Source: an uncultured Acidobacteriota bacterium (GTDB lineage Bacteria > Acidobacteriota > Terriglobia > Terriglobales > Acidobacteriaceae). Taken from it: 64,000 nucleotides of DNA. Positions within the stretch are counted from its first letter, which is position 1; every line of letters begins with the position of its first letter. The position numbers and the translations under genes are program-made. Of this stretch, positions 53,658 through 64,000 are shown in pieces. A model generated the notes under the pieces. That model searched no databases. It saw only the letters and a list, made by a program, of their open reading frames with translations, and was not told the DNA's origin. The DNA is taken from assembly GCA_963787685.1 (NCBI GenBank), contig CAWBED010000018.1, positions 33,556 to 97,555 of the forward strand. The letters are read 5' to 3'.

Positions 53658-55283
53658 ATGACGAAACTGCTCCGTTTTTTCCGGCCATCGCACCAACACA
53701 CGGCGTTCTCGGCTACGCTGCTTTTGATCAGCGCGGTGATGATGTCGCGCGTGATCGGATATGCGCGCGATGCCTATATTGCCTGGGCGTATGGAGCGGG
53801 CGGGGCTACCGACGCCTACGTGGCGGCGTTTACTCTTCCGGACTTTCTAAACTACATCGTCGCGGGCGGTGCGGCGTCGATTACCTTCATCTCGATTTAC
53901 ACCCGCTTTTTGGCGGAGAAGCGGGATGAAGATGCCAAGAAAACGTTCTCGATCATCATCACCGTAATGACAGCGGTGATGATCGTGGGAACGATCCTCA
54001 CCGAGATATTCACGCCCCAGTTCGTGCGATGGTTTGTGAAGGGATTCACGCCTGACAAGATTGATTTGTGTGTGCATCTCACGCGGATCTTGCTGCCAGC
54101 GCAGATTTTCTTCTATGTCGGTGGCGTGGTCTCGGCTGTCTTGCTCTCCCACCGGCTGTTTTTGTTCCCTGCATTCGGACCGCTAATCTACAACCTGTTC
54201 ATAATTCTTGGCGGGGTTGTTGGCGGACGCCATTTCGGAATTGCCTCGCTGGCCTACGGGGCGTTGATCGGGAGCTTTGCCGGTCCATTTCTCGCAAGCG
54301 TGATTGGGGCGGCGAAGATTGGCACCGGATACAAGCCATCCTTCGATATAACGAATCCGGCGTTTCGCGAATGGGTGAAGCTGTCTGTTCCGTTGATGCT
54401 GGGCGTTTCGCTAGTGACGGCGGATGACTGGATTCTGCGCCACTACGCCTCCAGCGGCGTGGGTGATATTGCCCGGCTGAATTATGCGAAGCGATTGTTT
54501 GCTGTGCCCATCGCCGTGTTGGGGCAGGCGACGGGACAGGCTTCGCTGCCGTTCTTCGCGCGACTGTTTAATGAAAAGAAGCTGAAAGAATTCGCCGCAA
54601 CGGTGAACGATTCGGTATATCGCGTATCAGCGGCATCGTTTTTAGCGACGGGATGGATGATGGCTGCCGCCGTCCCGCTGATCGATCTGGTCTACCGCCG
54701 AGGAAGGTTTTCCTTCGCCGACACGCAGACCAGCGCGATCTACTTTTTCTGGTTCTCTTTATCGTTAGTGCTGTGGTCAGCCCAGGGTTTGTACGCGCGA
54801 GCGTTCTATGCCGCCGGCGATACATTTACGCCCATGGTCGCCGTCAGCGTGATCACACTCGCGTCGCTGCCGGTCTACTCATTCTTGTTTCATACGTTCG
54901 GCGTTGTCGGCCTGGCGTGGGCGTCGGACATAGGGATCGGGATTAATCTGATCGCACTTGCCGCGTTGTTGCATTACAAGAAGCTGGTTCGGATCGGTGA
55001 GTTGCGCTGGGGAGAATTGGGCAAGGCTTTTCTGACTGCGGTGGTCGCGGGCGGCATCAGTTTTGAAGTGGCGAAAGCGATTCCTCTGGCCGCAGGGCGC
55101 GTGAGCAGGATGGCGGACATCACGCAACTAGCGCTTGTCTCACTTACATGGGCGGCTGCGGTGGCGGCGGGATTATGGCTGTTGCGGTCGGAACTGCCGC
55201 AGGACTTACGCCGGCGCAAGGGAGCAGTGTATCCCGCAGTCGCGCAGGGTGAGAGCAAAGAGATTTTGGGGGCGGGGAGATAG
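53658..55283 (+). CDS. murJ: Lipid II flippase MurJ
   Basis: 541 aa, about 14 TM helices. N-terminal LLISAVMMSRVIGYARDAYIAW..G....DAYVAAFTLPDFL is typical of MurJ/MviN. Confidence 0.9.
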   Translation: MTKLLRFFRPSHQHTAFSATLLLISAVMMSRVIGYARDAYIAWAYGAGGATDAYVAAFTLPDFLNYIVAGGAASITFISIYTRFLAEKRDEDAKKTFSIIITVMTAVMIVGTILTEIFTPQFVRWFVKGFTPDKIDLCVHLTRILLPAQIFFYVGGVVSAVLLSHRLFLFPAFGPLIYNLFIILGGVVGGRHFGIASLAYGALIGSFAGPFLASVIGAAKIGTGYKPSFDITNPAFREWVKLSVPLMLGVSLVTADDWILRHYASSGVGDIARLNYAKRLFAVPIAVLGQATGQASLPFFARLFNEKKLKEFAATVNDSVYRVSAASFLATGWMMAAAVPLIDLVYRRGRFSFADTQTSAIYFFWFSLSLVLWSAQGLYARAFYAAGDTFTPMVAVSVITLASLPVYSFLFHTFGVVGLAWASDIGIGINLIALAALLHYKKLVRIGELRWGELGKAFLTAVVAGGISFEVAKAIPLAAGRVSRMADITQLALVSLTWAAAVAAGLWLLRSELPQDLRRRKGAVYPAVAQGESKEILGAGR

Positions 55284-55382
55284 ACGGAAAAGCCCCACTT
55301 CTGCCAAAATCCGGGAGAAATGGGGCACCCATCGACCGCGAAATAGGGGCCCGATGCGCGCTATACTCTATCCCCGGAGTAG

Positions 55383-55967
55383 ATGATGATTACAGCAGCA
55401 AAAACAGTTTCGATTCAGCGGCTCGTCGAAGAATTACGGCGGATGCCCGAGGCGATGTTCGATCAGACTGAGCCTCTCCGGCGCTTTCTGGCGCAGGCTC
55501 CGGTCGACGCGACTTCGCTCGACCTTTATCTCAATTGGAGCCGCCAGCATTACACCCGCAATCTGATTGACCGGACGAAGCTGTATGAACTAATGGCAAT
55601 CTGCTGGGAGGTAGGACAGGCGAGTTCGGTACACAATCATCGCGATCAGAATTGCTGGATGGCAGTTCCTATCGGCCGGCTGCAAGTTGAAAACTACCAC
55701 TTAGTTCATCAGGATCTGGAAGGCGGACAGTGCAAACTCGAGCCGCTCAACACAGTGGAGATGAACATTGCACATCCTTGCGCGGTTGATCCCGCCGATC
55801 CGGTGCACCGTGTCGTCAATCCGCGAGAGTTCAACCAGCGCGCAGTGAGCCTGCATGTTTACTCGCGGCCGTTTGACAGGTGCGTGGTGTACTCGCCCGA
55901 GCAGGGCACGTGCGGAGAGATTCAGCTTCACTTCAACACCATGTTCGGGAAAACGGCGGGGCAGTGA
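55383..55967 (+). CDS. Cysteine dioxygenase type I-like cupin
   Basis: The SSVHNHRDQNCWMAV.G cupin motif with His ligands, and SLHVYS.P at the second motif. Confidence 0.7.
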   Translation: MMITAAKTVSIQRLVEELRRMPEAMFDQTEPLRRFLAQAPVDATSLDLYLNWSRQHYTRNLIDRTKLYELMAICWEVGQASSVHNHRDQNCWMAVPIGRLQVENYHLVHQDLEGGQCKLEPLNTVEMNIAHPCAVDPADPVHRVVNPREFNQRAVSLHVYSRPFDRCVVYSPEQGTCGEIQLHFNTMFGKTAGQ

Positions 55968-56483
55968 GTGCTCATGCCGCAGAGTAACCGTCTGGTTATC
56001 GCGATTACGGTTCTCCTGTGTATGGGTGCAGGCTGTACGAAGAAAGATACTCCGCCCGCAGCCCAGGCTGTTCCGTTGGACCAAGTCGTGCCCTCGACAG
56101 CAGGGCCGACACAGCCGCAAGTGATTCTCGAGAAAACGTTCAGCCTGAAGACCTCGGCGACGTTCCCCTTTCAAATTCCTTCCCATGCAGCGCGACCTCA
56201 TCTTCACGGCATCTTCCAATCATTTGTCGGAAAGGCGGGTGGCGCGTCCGACGATGCCGCGAACATCGAATTTGTCATCTTGAATGAAGACCAGCAAGCC
56301 AACGTTGCCAGTGACCGTCCGAGCGAAGCTTTGTTTTCGGTGGAGGCGTCGCACAATCAAGCGGTCAACTTCGATCTGCCTCCCTCGATGAATCAACCCG
56401 TGAAGTACTATCTGGTGTTTCACAACGCGCAAGGCAGCAAGAGCAACAAAGTAGTGGAGGCAAATTTTCGCGTCGATTTTTAG
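55968..56483 (+). CDS. Hypothetical lipoprotein
   Basis: Lipobox LLCMGAGC. It starts immediately after the upstream stop codon. Confidence 0.5.
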   Translation: MLMPQSNRLVIAITVLLCMGAGCTKKDTPPAAQAVPLDQVVPSTAGPTQPQVILEKTFSLKTSATFPFQIPSHAARPHLHGIFQSFVGKAGGASDDAANIEFVILNEDQQANVASDRPSEALFSVEASHNQAVNFDLPPSMNQPVKYYLVFHNAQGSKSNKVVEANFRVDF

Positions 56484-56510
56484 CGCGAAGCTGCTGCTAC
56501 ACTAACCGAG

Positions 56511-59330
56511 TTGTCCCCTCGAAAAAAATCTTCGGAACCTTCTTCCGGCGCGGCTGAAGCAGGCACGCGGTCGCCCAAGCCGGCATCTTCTTCATCGGCA
56601 TCACACGGGCGCATCTACCTGATCGATACGATGTCGTTTATCTTCCGCGCGTACCACGCGATGGCGCGGCAGAGGCCCATGTCGACCAAGACCGGACTAC
56701 CCACCGCCGCGATCTACGTCTTCGTGAACATGCTGCGCAAGTTGCGGGACGATTTCTCTCCAGAGTATCTGGCAGCCGTGTTCGATGTAGCGGGGCCGAC
56801 CTTTCGCGACGAACAGGCGGAAGCCGTCACCACCATCCGTAAGTTCGATATCAAGACGCAGACGTTCACGGAGGTCGAATATAAGGGTTACAAAGCGAAC
56901 CGTGCTGCGATGCCCGAGGATCTGGCGCAGCAAGTTCCTTATATCCGGCGCGCGCTCGAGGCATATCGCATCCCGATGATTGGGGTGACGCGCTTCGAAG
57001 CCGACGACGTGATCGGTACCCTCGCGCGCAAAGCGGCGGATGCGTCGCATCCGGTTTACATCGTTTCGAGCGACAAGGACATGATGCAGCTCGTGAACGA
57101 CAAAGTGCAGATCCTGAATCCGCCGAAGGACAATCTGATTTGCGACCGGGTGAAGGTAGAAGAAATTCTCGGTGTGCCACCGGAACGCGTGATCGACGTA
57201 ATGGCGCTGCGCGGCGACTCGATCGACAATATCCCGGGAGCTCCCGGAATCGGCGACAAAGGTTCAGTTGAAATTATCAAACGCTTCGGCACGGTTGAGG
57301 AAGCTCTGGACCGGGCTGCCGAAGTCGAACGCAAAACCTATCGCGAATCGCTGCTGAACAATCGCGATACGATTTTATTCAGCAAAAGCATGGCGACCAT
57401 CGACACGGATGTTCCGGTCGAGCTTGACGTGGATTCCATGCGCGTGGGCGAGCCCGATATGGATGCTCTTCGCGCTCTGTTCACGGAACTCGAATTTACT
57501 TCGCTGCTCAAGGAGTTATTGCCCGTCGCCCAAGTGAGCGAGACGTCTTACGCGGAAGCGAAGTCCGCCACCGATGTTGAGCGCATTGTGAATGCGGTTG
57601 GAGCCGAAGGCGTCCTGAGTGTAGCTGTCGAACAAGAGCACGCCACCGCTTCCGTAGACGAAGAGAAAGAGGAAGAAGAGGAGCCGCAAGAAACGCAGCT
57701 CTCTTTCATGGGCGGTGCGATGACGGCGCCGCCGGTGCCCGAGCCTGCCGCGCGGCGCCTTGCCATTTCAAGCACGGCCGGAACCGCTACGATCGTGAAG
57801 CTCGATTCTGGCGAAGCTGGCGAAAAGTTGAAGAGTGTCCTCGCAGATGCCTCGGTTTCAAAAGCCATTCACGACTACAAGGCTGCGATTCACGCGCTCG
57901 CTCCTTTGGGAATTGTCGTCGAGGGCATACGACATGATCCGACGCTGTACTCATACCTGCTGAATCCAACGTACTCTTCGCATACTCTGCCGGAAACGGC
58001 GTTGCGGCGGTTCAATCTCAAGCTGGGCGGTGGAGTCGCCGAGTCCGCGGACATCACAGGCAGGCTGACGGCGGCCCTTCGCAGCGACGTTGAGCAGGCT
58101 GGGCTCGTCAAGCTTTACGAAGAGATGGACCTGCCACTTGTTCCAGTGCTGGCGAGGATGGAGCGGGCTGGTGTGAAGATCGATATTGCTGCGCTTTCGC
58201 AGATGTCGGCCGAACTCGAGCGCGAGATCGCGGTGAAAGCGAAAGAGATCTACGAAGCGGCGGGGATGGAATTCAATGTTGGCTCGCCAAAGCAGCTCGG
58301 AGATGTGCTGTTTAACCGAATGAACCTGCCGAAGCCCGTGAAGTACGGCAAAGGGCGAATGATCTCGACGGCGGTCGATGTGCTCGAAGAACTGGCGGAG
58401 AACCATCCGATCGCGCGCATGGTCCTGGACTACCGCCAGCTGACGAAGCTGAAATCGACTTACGTCGATGCGCTGCCTGTGCTCATCGCGCCCGCGACCG
58501 GACGGCTGCATACGACATTTGGACAGACGGGAACGGCGACTGGACGGCTGTCGTCCGCGAATCCAAATTTGCAGAATATTCCGATCCGGACGGAACTTGG
58601 GCGTGGCATTCGAGCTGCGTTCATCGCAGAACCTGGACACGTGCTGCTGACCGCCGATTATTCGCAGATCGAATTGCGGTTGCTGGCGCACTTCTCGCAC
58701 GATCCGCTCCTGGTTGAGGCTTACCGGCGCGGCGACGACATACACACTCTGACCGCTTCGCAAGTGTTCGGCGTTCCGCCGCTCATGGTCACTCCGGATC
58801 ACCGGCGGCAGGCAAAGGTCGTAAACTTCGGGATCGTCTATGGACTTTCGGCCTTCGGCTTATCGCAACAGCTCGGGATCGAGCCCGGAGAGGCCAAACA
58901 ATTCATCACCGCGTATTTCGAGAAATACAGCGGTGTGCGCGCATTCATCGACAGAACGCTGGAAGAAGCTCGCCGCGAATTGAAGGTGAAGACACTGTTT
59001 GGGCGAATCCGACCGATTCCGGACATCAACAGCAAGAACGCCAACCAGCGCGGATTTGCCGAGCGCACTGCGGTGAACACTCCGCTGCAAGGAACGGCGG
59101 CAGACCTGATCAAGATTGCGATGATTCGCATCGATGCGGCACTGCGCCGGCGCGACTTGAAATCGCGCATGACTCTGCAGGTGCACGACGAGTTGGTCTT
59201 TGAAGTTCCGGAAAATGAAGTGGAAACGATGCGATCGCTGGTGCGCGAGCACATGGAGCGTGTACACGAGTTGGCGGTCCCTCTCTTGGTGGAGATGGGT
59301 GTGGGACAAAACTGGAGAGACTTGGAGTAG
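56511..59330 (+). CDS. polA: DNA polymerase I
   Basis: 939 aa. 5'-nuclease (IYLIDTMSFIFRAYHA), a 3'-5' exo-like middle, and polymerase motifs A (LLTADYSQIELRLLAH), B (RRQAKVVNFGIVYG) and C (QVHDELVFEV). Confidence 0.95.
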   Translation: MSPRKKSSEPSSGAAEAGTRSPKPASSSSASHGRIYLIDTMSFIFRAYHAMARQRPMSTKTGLPTAAIYVFVNMLRKLRDDFSPEYLAAVFDVAGPTFRDEQAEAVTTIRKFDIKTQTFTEVEYKGYKANRAAMPEDLAQQVPYIRRALEAYRIPMIGVTRFEADDVIGTLARKAADASHPVYIVSSDKDMMQLVNDKVQILNPPKDNLICDRVKVEEILGVPPERVIDVMALRGDSIDNIPGAPGIGDKGSVEIIKRFGTVEEALDRAAEVERKTYRESLLNNRDTILFSKSMATIDTDVPVELDVDSMRVGEPDMDALRALFTELEFTSLLKELLPVAQVSETSYAEAKSATDVERIVNAVGAEGVLSVAVEQEHATASVDEEKEEEEEPQETQLSFMGGAMTAPPVPEPAARRLAISSTAGTATIVKLDSGEAGEKLKSVLADASVSKAIHDYKAAIHALAPLGIVVEGIRHDPTLYSYLLNPTYSSHTLPETALRRFNLKLGGGVAESADITGRLTAALRSDVEQAGLVKLYEEMDLPLVPVLARMERAGVKIDIAALSQMSAELEREIAVKAKEIYEAAGMEFNVGSPKQLGDVLFNRMNLPKPVKYGKGRMISTAVDVLEELAENHPIARMVLDYRQLTKLKSTYVDALPVLIAPATGRLHTTFGQTGTATGRLSSANPNLQNIPIRTELGRGIRAAFIAEPGHVLLTADYSQIELRLLAHFSHDPLLVEAYRRGDDIHTLTASQVFGVPPLMVTPDHRRQAKVVNFGIVYGLSAFGLSQQLGIEPGEAKQFITAYFEKYSGVRAFIDRTLEEARRELKVKTLFGRIRPIPDINSKNANQRGFAERTAVNTPLQGTAADLIKIAMIRIDAALRRRDLKSRMTLQVHDELVFEVPENEVETMRSLVREHMERVHELAVPLLVEMGVGQNWRDLE

Positions 59331-59452
59331 AGCAGCAAGCCGGCCGACACGGCTCGTACGGTCCCTGCGGTGGTGTAGAATTACGTGGAACCCCTCCGCT
59401 GAAAGGGCGGTGCCGCAGGGCATACGCGAAATCAGCGGATTTCCTTCCGAGT

Positions 59453-59529
59453 CGGGACGTGGCTCAGCCTGGTAGAGCACTCGCTTGGGGTGCGAGGGGT
59501 CGGCAGTTCAAATCTGCCCGTCCCGACCA
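59453..59529 (+). tRNA. tRNA-Pro (anticodon GGG), CCA encoded
   Basis: Hand fold: acceptor CGGGACG/CGTCCCG, D arm GCTC-AGCCTGGTA-GAGC, anticodon stem CTCGC/GCGAG with loop TTGGGGT, T arm GGCAG-TTCAAAT-CTGCC, discriminator A, CCA. 77 nt. Confidence 0.9.
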
Positions 59530-59632
59530 ATCATCCAAGTATCACAAGCTAGCTCGCGGTTCCGATCGTGTAGCTGAGCCTGTTTTGATCGCGCGGCCCC
59601 GTCTTGTCCGAAGCCGGGGGGCTGATTTCGGG

Positions 59633-59678
59633 TTGACACTTATCTCTATCGTTTTATAATCATTCTCATCCGATAATT
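59633..59678 (+). promoter_or_regulatory. Consensus sigma-70-type promoter (TTGACA-16 nt-TATAAT) overlapped by a Fur/PerR-box-like AT-rich element
   Basis: TTGACA at 59633-59638 and TATAAT at 59655-59660. TATAATCATTCTCATCCGATAATTAT follows, directly before the ATG at 59679. Confidence 0.5.
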
Positions 59679-60107
59679 ATGCGTCTGACCCATGAGCAGT
59701 TCCGTGAACTGGCTGCGAAGCACGGCTTGGCAGTTACGCACCAGCGGCAAGTGGTCTATGAAGCCGTCATCGCGTCCCATGGACACTATTCTCCAGAAGA
59801 CATTTACGCGGCGGTGCGGCGCCGCATTCCGTCTATCTCTCTCGCTACCGTCTACAACAACCTGCGGCTTTTCATCGAATGTGGGTTGCTGCGAGAGGTC
59901 ACTCCTCATGCATCCACCTTGCGTGTGGACGGCAATCTCGAACCTCATCATCACCTCGTCTGCTCCCGCTGCAAATCGGTGCAGGACATCGATATAGACT
60001 TCATCGATTTGAAGCGGCTATCCCGGCAACTGCCGGATGGCTTTGATCTGACGCAACCGCTGATCGAGGTCTTTGGCCTCTGTCGCCGGTGCCGTGCGAA
60101 ACAATAA
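59679..60107 (+). CDS. Fur-family transcriptional regulator (PerR/FurA-like, upstream of katG)
   Basis: Winged-helix ISLATVYNNL, the HHHLVC.RC motif, and C-terminal CRRC (structural Zn Cys4). Confidence 0.88.
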   Translation: MRLTHEQFRELAAKHGLAVTHQRQVVYEAVIASHGHYSPEDIYAAVRRRIPSISLATVYNNLRLFIECGLLREVTPHASTLRVDGNLEPHHHLVCSRCKSVQDIDIDFIDLKRLSRQLPDGFDLTQPLIEVFGLCRRCRAKQ

Positions 60108-60146
60108 TTTCTTTCACGCAGTACGCAATCAAGAATCGAAGGATGA

Positions 60147-62417
<2,271 letters not shown>

Positions 62418-62486
62418 GATCGGCGAGAGAGAACGCTGTCAACTTGGAGCCGACGGTATTGTTTGGATCGGCTGAATCAAAACTGG

Positions 62487-62526
62487 CGTCGTGGGGCACA
62501 TTCCGCACCCCATGACGCCTTTGTTC
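62487..62526 (+). terminator. Possible intrinsic terminator after katG
   Basis: CGTCGTGGGG-N11-CCCCATGACG (9 of 10 positions pair) followed by CCTTTGTTC. The T-tract is weak. Confidence 0.4.
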
Positions 62527-62647
62527 TAAGCGAGCCTTGTTTGATCGCTCTCGATTTGCGAGCCTAACCTTCACAGTATTCGAACGTCTCTGTCTTTGGC
62601 ATTAACGTCCGTCCGATTGAGAGGTTAGGAGGGCGACAGGGAAACTC

Positions 62648-64000
62648 ATGTCTAACCTTACGAGACGCTCCTTTATAAACCTAGCGGCTGCGATCGGAGC
62701 GGCGGCCGCATGGGGTAATGCGTTTGGATCGAAGTCGCGGATTGCATGGCAGGAACGCCGCGACCTTTTCCCGGAGGGTGTCGCGTCCGGAGATCCTGAC
62801 AGCACCAGCGTTTTGCTGTGGACACGACGACCCGCAAGTGGGGACGTTAAACCCCTGAAGTTGACGGTCGAGGTTGCCGAAGACGCGACCTTCACTCGCG
62901 TTGTGGCGGCAGCGTCAACTGAAGTTTTCGAGGCCTCTGACTGGACTTGCCGCGTGTTGGTTGGCGGACTTAAGTCTAGCCGCGAGTATTGGTATCGCTT
63001 TACCGATCCCCATGGTTTTGGCAGCCGCGTCGGCAGGACAATCACTGCCCCTGCAGTCGACGACGAGCGTCCCGTCCGTTTTGTTTTCGTAAGCTGCCAG
63101 AATGCAAATGATGGCGCTCAGAACGCCTACCGCAGAATGATTTATGAGGACGAGCGCGCTTCCGAAGCGGACCGCATCGGGTTTGTGCTGCATCTCGGCG
63201 ACTTCATCTACGAAATTGTCTGGTATCCGGAAGACCGTCCTCAGGGAATGTATGACCGCCGTATACGAGACATCGTGCGCTATCCGCATGGGGAGAAGAT
63301 CCGGGACTTTCACATTCCAACCACTGTGGAAGACTATCGCGCCGTTTATCGCGCGTACTTGAGTGATCCCGATCTGCAGGATGCGCGAGCCCGCTGGCCA
63401 TTCGTCAACATGTGGGACAACCACGAATTCAGCTGGCTCGGTTGGCAATCTTTGCAAAGATTCGGAGGGAAGAATTTGCCGGCGCAGACGCGCAAAGTGG
63501 CAGCCAACCAGGCTTTCTTCGAATACCAGCCGGCACGAATCACAAAACCGAGTGGTCCCTCGCTCGAACGCTTCGATCCACCGCAAGTCACCGATGCTCC
63601 GGTCACTCATTTTGACGATCACGGACTCGGCCAAGAGCCAAACAATCTCGCGGCCATTGGGAGTTTGAAAGGACTATCGAGCTTTGCGATGGGGTCGGAA
63701 CGTGGAGTTGATCGTTACGGACCAGCGCAGCTATCGTTCCGAAGAACCCACCGATCAGCCTGAATCAAGTCCACTTTTGAGCGACGATTTTCCGGAATTC
63801 ATGCCGGAAGAGGCGATGGAAGTTCTGGATGCGGGGCGTGCGTACAACGGCGGCCGTCCGCCAGCGTCCATCCATTTCGGTAATGTAGAGATCGAGAATT
63901 TCTGCAAGGACCGGCCGGCTCAGACCATTCTCGGCGCTGAACAGAAGGCATGGTTTCTTGCGCGCCTGCGCGACTCGAAAGCGACCTGGAAGATCTGGGG
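62648..64000 (+). CDS. phoD: Alkaline phosphatase D (Tat-exported), frame broken near 63668-63671, continues past the window end
   Basis: Tat signal RRSFINLAAAIGAAAAWG. The N-terminal domain VASGDPDSTSVLLWTR is in frame A up to ...AAIGSLK. The conserved DYRALRWGRNVELIVTDQRSYRS...ILGAEQKAWFLARLRDSKATWKIWG continues one base later (my translation from 63672). Confidence 0.85.

Noticed and set aside
57951-58802. 283-aa ORF antisense to polA, and similar long antisense ORFs at 60423-61274 (katG), 62915-63634 (phoD), 24840-25631 (GGDEF gene), 16133-16996, 13757-14515, 39032-39769 and 40460-41245
   Set aside because: All lie fully inside strongly supported genes on the other strand and have skewed composition. 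They are treated as GC-driven spurious ORFs.
59530-59632. tRNA-Pro as an integration site for a katG/phoD-containing island
   Set aside because: There is no integrase, no direct repeat of the tRNA 3' end and no compositional break that I could see downstream within the window.

Overview
Chromosomal window from a moderately GC-rich bacterium. The gene content points to Acidobacteriota (inference: VWFA-related acidobacterial-type domain protein, DUF4097 and PEGA proteins, ECF sigma with a zf-HC2/HEAT anti-sigma, fused membrane spermidine-synthase-like protein). Most of it is housekeeping. This includes acpP-fabF, dtd, folP, class II photolyase, selA, acpS, lipA, recG and the string rplI-rpsR-rpsF-pth-rplY-prs-tRNA-Gln-ispE. 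It also includes the yacL-like PIN/TRAM gene with ispD and ispF, murJ, polA, tRNA-Pro, a Fur-family regulator with katG, and phoD. I saw no rRNA, CRISPR array, transposase, integrase or prophage genes. Points worth a second look: (1) A three-gene operon of a NodC/hyaluronan-synthase-like GT2, a membrane-anchored coiled-coil protein and a secreted TolC-like protein (13.8-17.2 kb). It is a candidate, undescribed tripartite polysaccharide synthesis and export module. (2) Nine of eleven intergenic gaps between 26.9 and 34.8 kb carry a 55-95 nt element built from two complementary blocks of degenerate tandem 7-8-mers. (3) A GxxExxY (PD-(D/E)XK-like) gene bounded by 15-nt inverted repeats sits exactly between ispD and ispF. 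(4) A two-hairpin dispersed repeat occurs once in frame inside ispE and once at the 3' end of an amidotransferase gene, with a compensatory stem substitution. (5) Four conserved genes (GNAT, recG, amidotransferase C-terminus, phoD) each need a one-base skip to restore the conserved frame. This suggests insertion-type assembly errors or real pseudogenes. All calls come from reading the sequence and the ORF track. No database search was run.
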